Shown here piece after piece: positions 9,609 through 17,811 of a stretch of 64,000 nucleotides of DNA. The first letter of the stretch is position 1, and every line of letters starts with the position of its first letter. Under the pieces are notes generated by a model. It was not told where the DNA came from. It did not search any database and saw nothing but the letters and a program-made list of their open reading frames with translations. This stretch comes from Bacteroidia bacterium (GTDB lineage Bacteria; Bacteroidota; Bacteroidia; JABEUT01). Position numbers and translations under genes: made by a program. The stretch is from assembly GCA_052325425.1 (NCBI GenBank), contig JBKQUY010000067.1:30123-94122 (forward strand), given 5' to 3'.

Positions 9609-10118
9609 TATTTTGAACCTTGCCTGCATTATATTGATTTACAGCATATTATACATTTTATGAATTTTAACATTTGTCGTTATTTGTCCTCAATTGGCCT
9701 TAATTGACCATTAGAGTTTATATCGATTAAATGTTTATAAGTAGGCTAATTATTTCGGTATCAATATGTTAATAAAATATGTTCTTTATTTACATGGAGT
9801 TTGTAATGACAGTATAAACTCTATTTATTGTTTTTTAACCGCAAAGTCATTACGCTTCGGTTATGATGCTGATATTTATCGTCAGCATACGCAAAGCTAT
9901 ATGCAAAGAGCGCAAAGCAAGATCGCCATTTTTTTCTTTGCTTTCTTTGCGGGCTGTTTTCTTTGTGTCCTTTGCGGTTATGCTTTATATTTTTTTCACA
10001 CTGTTTCTTATTCGGTATAAGCTCTATTTAATAAATTTCCTTTTTCATTACTCTTATGATATTTTTTATTTTGGAATTCGTGAGTGTAAATTACGCCGTT
10101 CATAACTTATAACTCATA

Positions 10119-11099
10119 TCAGGCCGCTTCCTGTGAATCTTTGTTGAGCATATTGGGTGTTGAACTATTTATTGCGGAATCCGTTCCTCCCGACGATTCT
10201 ATCGGGACTGCGCCCGCAATTTCCGGCGGGACTGCGCTGGTTTCAGGGGAATCAGACCCATTGCTATGTAAGGGACTACTCTGTTTTGCAGTGGAAGTTG
10301 CTCCCGACGATTCTATCGGGACTGTGCCCGACGATTCTATCGGGACTGCGCCCGCAGTTTCTGAGGGAGCTGCACTGGTTTCAGGAGAAGCAGACCCCGA
10401 CGATTCTATCGGGACTGCGCTAATTTCAGGGGAAGCAGACCCATTGCTATGTAAGGGACTACTCATTCTTGCAGGGGAAGCAGCCCCCCAATCAACGGGA
10501 CTACTCTGTTTTGCAGGGGAAGCAGGTTTTAAAAAGTCTATGTATTTTTCTACCATCTGTTTTTGCGCTTCATCCCGTGTAATTATCTGTACGAGAGGAC
10601 TATCACTGTTTGCTCCTTTTGGTTCCTTGCAACGCATCTTCCATATTTTATCGAGGGCTTGCAGCCGGTGGGTGAAATTGGCTTTACAGCTTACTGGCTC
10701 AAGGCCATTTTTCGTGTTCACTATTTTTATTATTTCTATTTCGCCTTTGGCAATTTCCCAGAGCATTTTTTCTATCTCACTGTTGCCGGGCAGTTGCCTC
10801 TTTACCTCTTCTTCAATAAGCTGCTTGCGTACATTATCCAGTATAGATTTTCCCTTGCTTATCCGGTCAGCCACAACCTCTCTTGCAACGGCAAGGTAGC
10901 GCCTTATTGTCCGGTCCGATAGTGACCATCGTTCGCAGAATTCTTTGGTAATGGAGCTATACGATTCTCCTTTTTCTATCCATAGCGCAACTTCAAGTAT
11001 GCGCGGATTTGTGGTCAGTTCCTCCTCGCCATCAGGGAGGTTTTTAACCTCATCTGTTTGTCCGGCAGACAAGCAATCATTGGGATTTTTTGTTTCCAT
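10119..11099 (-). CDS. Hypothetical protein: N-terminal HTH-like domain plus Ser/Pro-rich tandem-repeat tail
   Basis: 326 aa. The C-terminal half repeats SSPLHSNGS-SPE-SAVP and VPIESSG units. The DNA encoding it carries the palindromic unit cccgacgattctatcggg four times. Confidence 0.7.
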   Translation of the reverse strand: METKNPNDCLSAGQTDEVKNLPDGEEELTTNPRILEVALWIEKGESYSSITKEFCERWSLSDRTIRRYLAVAREVVADRISKGKSILDNVRKQLIEEEVKRQLPGNSEIEKMLWEIAKGEIEIIKIVNTKNGLEPVSCKANFTHRLQALDKIWKMRCKEPKGANSDSPLVQIITRDEAQKQMVEKYIDFLKPASPAKQSSPVDWGAASPARMSSPLHSNGSASPEISAVPIESSGSASPETSAAPSETAGAVPIESSGTVPIESSGATSTAKQSSPLHSNGSDSPETSAVPPEIAGAVPIESSGGTDSAINSSTPNMLNKDSQEAA

Positions 11100-11100
11100 A

Positions 11101-11631
11101 ATTTTTTTAACAAATCAACTTACTCCTTCTGATGTAGCTTTTGGTATTTCTATTGACACAATAATCTCTGCTTCTGATACAAATCAATATATTCCTAAAA
11201 CGGCTTCCTTTAATTCTCATTACTACACTTATCAACTTACAGTATATCAGAATGGCAAAGAAACTGGTATTCAAAGACAGTACAGAAGAAACGGTACATT
11301 ATTTAAAGAAATAACGTACAATAAAGGGAAAAGAAATGGCACAACCAAAAGCTATTATGAAAACGGGAGATTAGAGAGAGTTTCAATATATGTTGATGGG
11401 AAAAAAAATGGAGTTCAAAAGGGGTATTATAATAGTGGTAAAATTGAATTTGAATACTCTTGGATAAATGGCAAAGAGAACGGAGTGGAAAAGGAATATT
11501 ATGAGAATGGGAAATTAGAATTTGAAGCGAAATATAAAAGTGGAAAAAAAATGGGGAAATTAAAAATGTATGATGAACAAGGGCACATCATAAAGGATAA
11601 TGGTAATGTTCTTGCATGGAACACAGATTAA
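11101..11631 (+). pseudogene. MORN-repeat (YwqK-like) protein fragment lacking a usable start
   Basis: Repeated YYxNGKxExxxxYxNGKKNG MORN-type units. No ATG/GTG/TTG in frame between the end of the opposite-strand gene (11099) and about 11560. The only in-frame starts lie more than 150 bp inside the convergent gene. No signal peptide. Confidence 0.35.
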
Positions 11632-11659
11632 ATAGCAAATGATAGCCCTTGTTGACTGC

Positions 11660-11760
11660 CATCGCATAGCAATTTTACCATATAGGGCAATATCTAAATG
11701 CCCTTTAGGGCTGATAGTTAATTTTGGCGAAAATTCATTACTAACCCAAAGAGTAATTTT
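11660..11760 (+). pseudogene. 3-prime fragment of a GxxExxY-family gene (duplicate of 12350-12448)
   Basis: Encodes ...ISKCPLGLIVNFGENSLLTQRVIL plus stop. About 95 percent identical at DNA level to the end of the intact copy. No upstream body. Confidence 0.5.
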
Positions 11761-11767
11761 ATAATCT

Positions 11768-11956
11768 GTGAATCTGTGGCAACCTATGTCGTATATTTGC
11801 ACTACTATGATGAATTCAAAAAGGAATTTACTGGCTTTAATTATACTGGCATCATTATTATTTTCCGGGTGCTTTATTTTCCGCCCTAAAAACCGGTGCG
11901 ATTCATGCCCCGATTTCAATAACGTGCATACCAAGCCATATAAAGGCAATAATTAA
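11768..11956 (+). CDS. Possible small lipoprotein (62 aa)
   Basis: Signal/lipobox-like LLFSGC. Lies exactly between 17 bp inverted repeats. Weak support. Confidence 0.25.
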   Translation: MNLWQPMSYICTTMMNSKRNLLALIILASLLFSGCFIFRPKNRCDSCPDFNNVHTKPYKGNN

Positions 11957-12061
11957 TACAGCCATATTCAAAACAGAATTAATAGCCACAGATTCACAGA
12001 TTAAATTTAAATATTCAGAAACAATAAATATCCCGCATGATGCGTGACACAGATTAAGTTA

Positions 12062-12448
12062 ATGAAATATTCAGAAAAGAAATACCCATTACAAAATGAA
12101 AGCTATAAGATTATTGGAATATGTATGGAGGTTCATCGTATTTTGGGGAAGGGATTATTAGAAGTAGTTTACAAAGATGCTATTGAATATGAGTTTAAGC
12201 AGAAAAAAATTCCTTATGAACGTGAAAAGAAATATGAGGTAGAATACAAAGGAATAATATTACCGCACTATTATGTTGCAGACTTTGTGGTATTTGATAA
12301 AATCATACTGGAAATAAAGGCACAGAAAGAAATTGTTGAGGAACATTACAAATGGACGATAAACTATCTGGGAATATCTAAATGCCCTTTAGGGCTGATA
12401 GTTAATTTTGGCGAAAATTCATTAATAACAAAAAGAGTAATTTTATAA
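12062..12448 (+). CDS. GxxExxY family protein (PD-(D/E)xK-like)
   Basis: About 128 aa. Conserved ...YKIIGICMEVHRILGKGLLEVVYKDAIEYEF... and C-terminal PLGLIVNFGENSL. Start set at MKYSEKK. Confidence 0.8.
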   Translation: MKYSEKKYPLQNESYKIIGICMEVHRILGKGLLEVVYKDAIEYEFKQKKIPYEREKKYEVEYKGIILPHYYVADFVVFDKIILEIKAQKEIVEEHYKWTINYLGISKCPLGLIVNFGENSLITKRVIL

Positions 12449-12503
12449 TCTGGGAATCTGTGGCAACCTATTTCATTTTTTCAGAGATATTTAATATTGT
12501 AAC

Positions 12504-13106
12504 ATGGCATTAATCTCAAAAAAAACAGGCTTGTTTTTCGGTTCTTTTAACCCTATTCATATAGGCCATCTTGTTATTGCGGAATATATGGTTGAATTTG
12601 CCGGGTTAGATAAGGTTTGGTTTGTGGTTTCACCTCATAACCCCCTAAAACCTGAACGCACCCTGCTGCCGGAAGTACAAAGGTTGCAAATGGTGAGGCT
12701 TGCCATTGAATTTGACAACCGTTTTAAAGCAAGCACTATTGAATTTGAATTGCCGCGTCCATCATATACCATAAACACCCTTACATACCTTAAAGAAAAA
12801 TACCCAAAGCAGGAATTTGCCCTGATTATGGGGGCCGATAATATTACCACCTTGCACAAGTGGAAAAACTACGAGCAATTGCTCAATAATTATGAGATTT
12901 ATGTATATCCGCGCAAAGAGTCTTACGATATTCCTTCTTATGCAATCCGCCCCTCGGTGCATTTAACGGAGGCTCCGGTAATGGAAATATCCTCGACCTT
13001 TATACGCAATGCCATAAAAAGCAAAAAAAACGTGCGTCACATGCTGCCCGCACCGGTAGCCGTTTACATTAAAGAGATGCGCTTTTATGAAAAGAAGGTT
13101 TCTTAG
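12504..13106 (+). CDS. nadD: Nicotinate-nucleotide adenylyltransferase
   Basis: GSFNPIHIGHL (HxGH) motif. 200 aa. Confidence 0.9.
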   Translation: MALISKKTGLFFGSFNPIHIGHLVIAEYMVEFAGLDKVWFVVSPHNPLKPERTLLPEVQRLQMVRLAIEFDNRFKASTIEFELPRPSYTINTLTYLKEKYPKQEFALIMGADNITTLHKWKNYEQLLNNYEIYVYPRKESYDIPSYAIRPSVHLTEAPVMEISSTFIRNAIKSKKNVRHMLPAPVAVYIKEMRFYEKKVS

Positions 13107-13797
13107 TTTTCACCGCGTTAACCAATGAATTAAGAATCAACAGGCCGTCGGTATTGGCAAGAATGCTGTCGGAAGCGCGTTCAGGGTGCGGCATCATGCC
13201 AAATACATTCCTCGTTTCATTGCAGATTCCGGCAATATTTTCCAGCGAGCCATTGGGATTAGAATCATTGGTTATTTCGCCTTTTTCATTGCAATACCTG
13301 AAAAGTACCTGCCCGTTCTTATTCAAACTCTGAAGGGTAGCGGCATCGGCATAAAAACGGCCTTCGCCATGCGCAACAGGCACAGTAAGTATTTTGCCTT
13401 TGGGAATGCCCTTTGTCAGCGCTGTATTATCATTTTGAACGGACAGGAACACGTTTTTGCATGAAAATTTGCGGCTTGTATTGGCAAGAAGGGCGCCGGG
13501 CAATAATCCGGATTCGCAGAGTACCTGGAACCCGTTGCATACGCCAAATACATACCCGCCCTCTTTGCTGAATTCAGCCACTTCGCTCATAATAGGCGAA
13601 AACTTCGATAAAGCGCCTGAACGGAGGTAATCGCCGAAAGAAAACCCACCGGGGAGTATTATTGCTTCACAATTCTGTAAATCTGTCTCTTTATGCCATA
13701 AAGGAACCGCTTTTTGTTTTAAAATATGCTCCAGGACATAAATCATATCGTGGTCGCAATTAGACCCCGGAAAAACTACTACTCCAAACTTTGCCAT
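13069..13797 (-). CDS. purQ: Phosphoribosylformylglycinamidine synthase, glutamine amidotransferase subunit
   Basis: FPGSNCDHDM N-terminus. Class I GATase with Cys in the GVCNGFQ motif. Convergent 38 bp overlap with nadD. Confidence 0.9.
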   Translation of the reverse strand: MAKFGVVVFPGSNCDHDMIYVLEHILKQKAVPLWHKETDLQNCEAIILPGGFSFGDYLRSGALSKFSPIMSEVAEFSKEGGYVFGVCNGFQVLCESGLLPGALLANTSRKFSCKNVFLSVQNDNTALTKGIPKGKILTVPVAHGEGRFYADAATLQSLNKNGQVLFRYCNEKGEITNDSNPNGSLENIAGICNETRNVFGMMPHPERASDSILANTDGLLILNSLVNAVKTKKPSFHKSASL

Positions 13798-13865
13798 TTG
13801 ATTAAATATTGTGCCGCAAATTTACGAAATGCCGCGCAGAGATAACATTAAATTATAAACATCAT

Positions 13866-14843
13866 TTATAGAAAAAGGCTTAACCCCACCGTAATTAACA
13901 AACATATAAAAAGGAATTCGGGCCAAACCGCTGACTTTGCCTTTAAAAAATAGTTGGAAAAGATGAAAGAAACAGGCAATGCCACTATTACAAGTGACCT
14001 TGCATCGCGTTGCGGTGAAATAAAAACGGAAACCAGCGCGAAAAAAACAAACCAGAGCATTAAAGTCCATATTTTTTGGGCCTTAACCACATTATCGGGC
14101 AACTTATTGATAAACAGCCATAAACTTGCAATACATGTGCCCGTTATTGCAATAAGCATAAGCCATTCTTCCCAGGTAAATGACCAATGCATTCTGTAAT
14201 TACTGTGCGCTGCCAGGAATATATTATGCCAGAAATTTTCAGCAGAAAGAAATAAATAATTATACGCAAGGGCAAAGCCGAAAGGCAAAATAAATCCAAT
14301 AACCGCGGCTATCCACTCCCGCCATACCAGTGACCTTATTACAAGAATGGCAATAAACAAAAAAAGAATAAAAACTACCAGGGGTAAATAAAATATTGAT
14401 GCTATGCCAATAAATAACCCGGCATCAAAAACTTCCGATAAAGCTTTTTCCTTTTTATAGCTCGCAGCAAGCCTTCGCATAGCAAGTACAAGAAACAGGG
14501 AAGCAAATAAAGCCGGATATAAGCAAATAAGGCTGGTCCGGCATGAGGCTAATATAATAAAGAAAAAAGCCGGAAAATAAGATGATTGTTTCAGCAGGGC
14601 ATTGTTATTAATAAATGAATTCCATATAAAAGCCTGGGTTAAGAGCAGAATTATGCCAAAACCAGTAGAAAAAGCTTCAAGTTTAGCCACCCAGGCCCAT
14701 AAATCGTTAAAAAAAGGTATGGTAACGCCGTAATCAGCATGTTTAGACTGAAATATCCATATCCAAACCCATATTCCAATACCCGTAATTATTGTAAACA
14801 GGAGCAATACAATAGGATTTGACTTTAATAACCTTATAAACAT
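13866..14843 (-). CDS. Polytopic integral membrane protein, function unknown
   Basis: About 10 predicted TM helices. Start set at the internal ATG (MFIRLLKS...) to avoid overlapping the divergent promoter region. Confidence 0.65.
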   Translation of the reverse strand: MFIRLLKSNPIVLLLFTIITGIGIWVWIWIFQSKHADYGVTIPFFNDLWAWVAKLEAFSTGFGIILLLTQAFIWNSFINNNALLKQSSYFPAFFFIILASCRTSLICLYPALFASLFLVLAMRRLAASYKKEKALSEVFDAGLFIGIASIFYLPLVVFILFLFIAILVIRSLVWREWIAAVIGFILPFGFALAYNYLFLSAENFWHNIFLAAHSNYRMHWSFTWEEWLMLIAITGTCIASLWLFINKLPDNVVKAQKIWTLMLWFVFFALVSVFISPQRDARSLVIVALPVSFIFSNYFLKAKSAVWPEFLFICLLITVGLSLFL

Positions 14844-14918
14844 TGAAAAAAAATATGATTTAAAGCATCGAATCAGTGCAAGTATATATATTTTTAGTAT
14901 TGGATTAAACAAAATACT

Positions 14919-14926
14919 TATCTTTG
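14919..14926 (+). promoter_or_regulatory. -7 box TATCTTTG, 30 bp upstream of the first gene of the four-gene surface cluster
   Basis: TAnnTTTG consensus. The same ttatctttgc word recurs at 20983-20992. Confidence 0.35.
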
Positions 14927-14955
14927 CGTTTAGATAAACTATTGCATTAAGATTT

Positions 14956-15879
14956 ATGTTAACAAGATTACCATTCCATTTTAATGTTTTTATCCCCATA
15001 TTTTTTTCTGCATTCATGTTTTCGGTTCCCGCAAATGCTCAAACGGATTCGACGCATGGTAATGCCCCTCATTCCCCGCCTGTTCCCCATGATAGTATAT
15101 CAACCGGGATTGCAGTCAGCCCAGGCACGTTAAAATTCACCTGTAAACCCGGCGGAACAGAAAGTCACGAAGTTAAAATATCAAATACTACAAACAGTTC
15201 ATTCAGTTTCCAGGTATCTTTTAATGATTATGTTCAGAATAATTCAGGACAACCTTTATGGAGTAACCCCAGGGAACCTAAAAGCAGGTTTGCACTTTCG
15301 AGGTGGACAACTGTATCTCCCGCCCTTTTTACCCTGGAACCCGGAAAAACACAGAAAATAACTGTTACCGTATCTCTTCCGGATGCAGATAGCGTAAATC
15401 ATGCGTCATGGACGGTACTTGGCATTGACCAGGTACATAAAAAGCATCCATTGCCGGCGCCCGGAGAAAAAACCATCAATATGGGCGTAGTCCCGAGCAT
15501 GGGTTTTGGGGTTTATTTATACAATAACCCACCCAATGTTAAGGTAAACAATATTGAAATCAATAATTTTTTATACCATGATACAGCATATACCATACAT
15601 GGAAGGGACACAGTAATAAGAATCCTGTATTTAAAAGCGACCAATACAGGCGATGGATTGAGTTATTGCATCTCGTATGCGGAAGTAACCAATCTGCAAA
15701 CAGGTAAGACATTCCGGCTGGGCGCCCGCCAAATTACTATTCTTCCGGGTTATACCAGGGAATTTGAATATTTGTTACCCAAAGATTTGCCGGTGAATAA
15801 CTATTCGGCAGTAGGGGTAATATATTTTGGCGATAAAGTACCCAAAAAAGTGGCGCAGCTTAATTTTACAGTACATTAA
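14956..15879 (+). CDS. Secreted two-domain beta-sandwich protein, candidate periplasmic chaperone-like component
   Basis: 307 aa. Signal peptide ending ANAQ. Two Ig/MSP-like regions (VSPGTLKFTCKPGGTESHEVKISN... and ...FTLEPGKTQKITVTVSLP) reminiscent of the PapD-like fold. The functional call is by analogy only. Confidence 0.8.
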   Translation: MLTRLPFHFNVFIPIFFSAFMFSVPANAQTDSTHGNAPHSPPVPHDSISTGIAVSPGTLKFTCKPGGTESHEVKISNTTNSSFSFQVSFNDYVQNNSGQPLWSNPREPKSRFALSRWTTVSPALFTLEPGKTQKITVTVSLPDADSVNHASWTVLGIDQVHKKHPLPAPGEKTINMGVVPSMGFGVYLYNNPPNVKVNNIEINNFLYHDTAYTIHGRDTVIRILYLKATNTGDGLSYCISYAEVTNLQTGKTFRLGARQITILPGYTREFEYLLPKDLPVNNYSAVGVIYFGDKVPKKVAQLNFTVH

Positions 15880-16074
15880 AAAAATATTTAATAATACCCC
15901 TTAAAAACAACCGGATATGTAATAAAATGTAACTTAATTACTCTGTTACCGTAACAATTATATTAATTCATTAACAATTTAACAATAAAAGGAGGCGACG
16001 CACAGACACTACAGGGAAAAACTATTTGCAACTATTGATAATCAATTATATATAAACAATTAAAATCAGAATTT

Positions 16075-16887
16075 ATGAAAACAAAAATTTATGCTGCTGC
16101 TGTCCTGGGGCTTGGTTTTCTTATGTTTGGCAACTATGCCAAGGCGCAGATACAAGATGAACAGAATGTTACGATAACAATGGACCTTGAACCGGTGCTG
16201 CAACTGAACATGAACACGCCTGACGAGGTTGACTTTACATTTGATAACATACCCAGTTATTTAAGCGGGGAAATCAAATACGGGGCAACTATTTTAACGG
16301 TAAGCTCAACGGTAAGCTGGCAATTGTATGCTGCAGGTATTTCGCAAGGCTCTGTAGCTGCAGGCGACTGGGATAACCCGGTAAATTATGGAATAATTAA
16401 TGCAACCAGCGGTACCAATAAAATTCCATTGGATGCTCTTGAATTACATCAGTATCCGGCTGACCCCACTACCACAGGCCTGACACCGGCAGCAGGCTGC
16501 GCGCCAGGCGATTATTCAAACCCGTTTCAAGCTATTACAGCAGGCCCTCCTGCAACCGTTGCAGTACCGGGACTAAACAACATATTTGTGCCCGCTGCTC
16601 CTTACACGCTTCCTAAAGCAACCGATAAAATGATTGCCGGTGGTGACCCAAATACTACAGGTAATGGAATGGTTGGCGGTACATACTTGGCCACTACAAA
16701 TACAAGTGTTGCTACCAGCGGGTTCTATTATGTAATAGATTATCGCATAGTGCCCGGTTTGCCAGTTATATTTCCGGCAGCAGGGGTAGATGATTGCAGT
16801 GCTGCATCATCGCTTGTAAGCCCTGCCTTTGCAGACCCGGGTTATTATACCATGGATGTAAAGTACCTTTTAATAGAGGCGCAATAG
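16075..16887 (+). CDS. Secreted subunit-like protein A (candidate major filament subunit)
   Basis: 270 aa. Signal peptide ...YAKAQ. Ala/Gly/Pro/Thr-rich. C-terminal motif YYVIDYRIVPG shared with the next gene. Strong terminator immediately downstream. Confidence 0.85.
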   Translation: MKTKIYAAAVLGLGFLMFGNYAKAQIQDEQNVTITMDLEPVLQLNMNTPDEVDFTFDNIPSYLSGEIKYGATILTVSSTVSWQLYAAGISQGSVAAGDWDNPVNYGIINATSGTNKIPLDALELHQYPADPTTTGLTPAAGCAPGDYSNPFQAITAGPPATVAVPGLNNIFVPAAPYTLPKATDKMIAGGDPNTTGNGMVGGTYLATTNTSVATSGFYYVIDYRIVPGLPVIFPAAGVDDCSAASSLVSPAFADPGYYTMDVKYLLIEAQ

Positions 16888-16905
16888 GCAAAATATAAAT
16901 GTTAA

Positions 16906-16947
16906 AAATGAACCCCGCACTATTGCGGGGTTCATTTTATTTTTTGC
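16906..16947 (+). terminator. Rho-independent terminator (atgaaccccgcactattgcggggttcat plus T7)
   Basis: 10 bp GC-rich stem followed by a U-tract directly after the 16075..16887 gene. Confidence 0.65.
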
Positions 16948-17074
16948 TTTTAATGCCCTTCATATTGAATGAGAAACCTGTTATAACAACTTAACCATCT
17001 GGATATTCCTTACCTTGTTGATACTTATTATGAAAACAGCCAGAATTGAAGTGAGTAATAACAAGAAAACAGTA

Positions 17075-17764
17075 ATGAAAAAAATATTTTTAAATATACT
17101 ATTCTGGGGTTATTTTTTCATTACCGGCATTGGCCATTCTTTTGGGCAATGTACATCCTATAATCCCTGGCAGCCACTTACTTCATGCGGCCCTGAATAT
17201 CATTGCGACTGCGATGCCTATCCCAAAAACGGCCTGGTAATGGAAAATTCGCCCAATATCAATTTTGATTTTGAGAAGATGAGTGATTATACAGGTGGAA
17301 TAACTTTAGGCGGAGCTACTATCGTTCATATAAGGATGAGCAATGTTAACGCAGCATGCGCCGACGGTTTTCCGTGTAAGTGGAGGCTGGTAATGTATGT
17401 TGACAATTTTGGAGCGCCCGCTAATGCAAAACAGTGGGATAAAACAGCAACTTATGGTACTGGGGGGGGCTCTACACCATCAATAAGTTTGTTGCAGGTA
17501 AGGGTTTACAACGGCTGCAATACACCATTGTGTGAAGATTTTCAACCATTTACCGCTGAAGACGGCGCTGCCATTGACATTGTCAGAAGCACTGCCCTTA
17601 ATTCAGCCGGGGGCTGCAGTGGCACCAATGTAAATGGAACAGGAAGTTACCTGACTGATTATAACGAGTTTACATTTACGGTAGATTACCGGATAGTACC
17701 GGGTTATGATTTAGCTCCCGGAAATTACCAGTTGATGATTCATTTTTGTTTGGTTGAAGATTAA
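17075..17764 (+). CDS. Secreted subunit-like protein B (paralog of 16075..16887)
   Basis: Start chosen at MKKIFLN... (signal peptide ...HSFGQ). The ORF track allows 17015. Cys-rich N-terminal part. C-terminal FTFTVDYRIVPGYDL matches YYVIDYRIVPGLPV of the paralog. Confidence 0.8.
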   Translation: MKKIFLNILFWGYFFITGIGHSFGQCTSYNPWQPLTSCGPEYHCDCDAYPKNGLVMENSPNINFDFEKMSDYTGGITLGGATIVHIRMSNVNAACADGFPCKWRLVMYVDNFGAPANAKQWDKTATYGTGGGSTPSISLLQVRVYNGCNTPLCEDFQPFTAEDGAAIDIVRSTALNSAGGCSGTNVNGTGSYLTDYNEFTFTVDYRIVPGYDLAPGNYQLMIHFCLVED

Positions 17765-17811
17765 ACCTGTTTTATGCCGATTTTTTGCTTTTAAATAAAA
17801 AAGAGTAAAAC

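Noticed and set aside
9766-10105. Two overlapping ORFs (84 and 80 aa) in the GCAAAG/CTTTGC dyad region
   Set aside because: Low-complexity, Phe/Leu-rich translations of an AT-rich palindromic region. More likely non-coding.
10141-10922. Three overlapping plus-strand ORFs (252, 88 and 119 aa) antisense to the HTH-repeat gene
   Set aside because: Generated by the repetitive GC-rich coding repeats of the opposite strand. The peptides are repeat echoes (LRPQF..., TILSGL...).
10945-11100. N-terminal extension of the MORN ORF as given in the ORF track
   Set aside because: Would require a more than 150 bp overlap with the convergent gene and yields a Ser-rich non-signal N-terminus. Treated as a truncated gene instead.
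11560-11949. 129-aa minus-strand ORF spanning the MORN gene end and the inverted-repeat segment
   Set aside because: Overlaps two plus-strand candidates and the duplicated GxxExxY fragment. No motif. Likely spurious.
9100-12500. Looked for a transposase or integrase to explain the repeat-rich island
   Set aside because: No DDE, tyrosine or serine recombinase motifs in any frame. Only gene fragments and repeats.
13822-14070. 82-aa ORF overlapping the 3-prime end of the membrane protein gene
   Set aside because: Out-of-frame overlap with a longer supported ORF.
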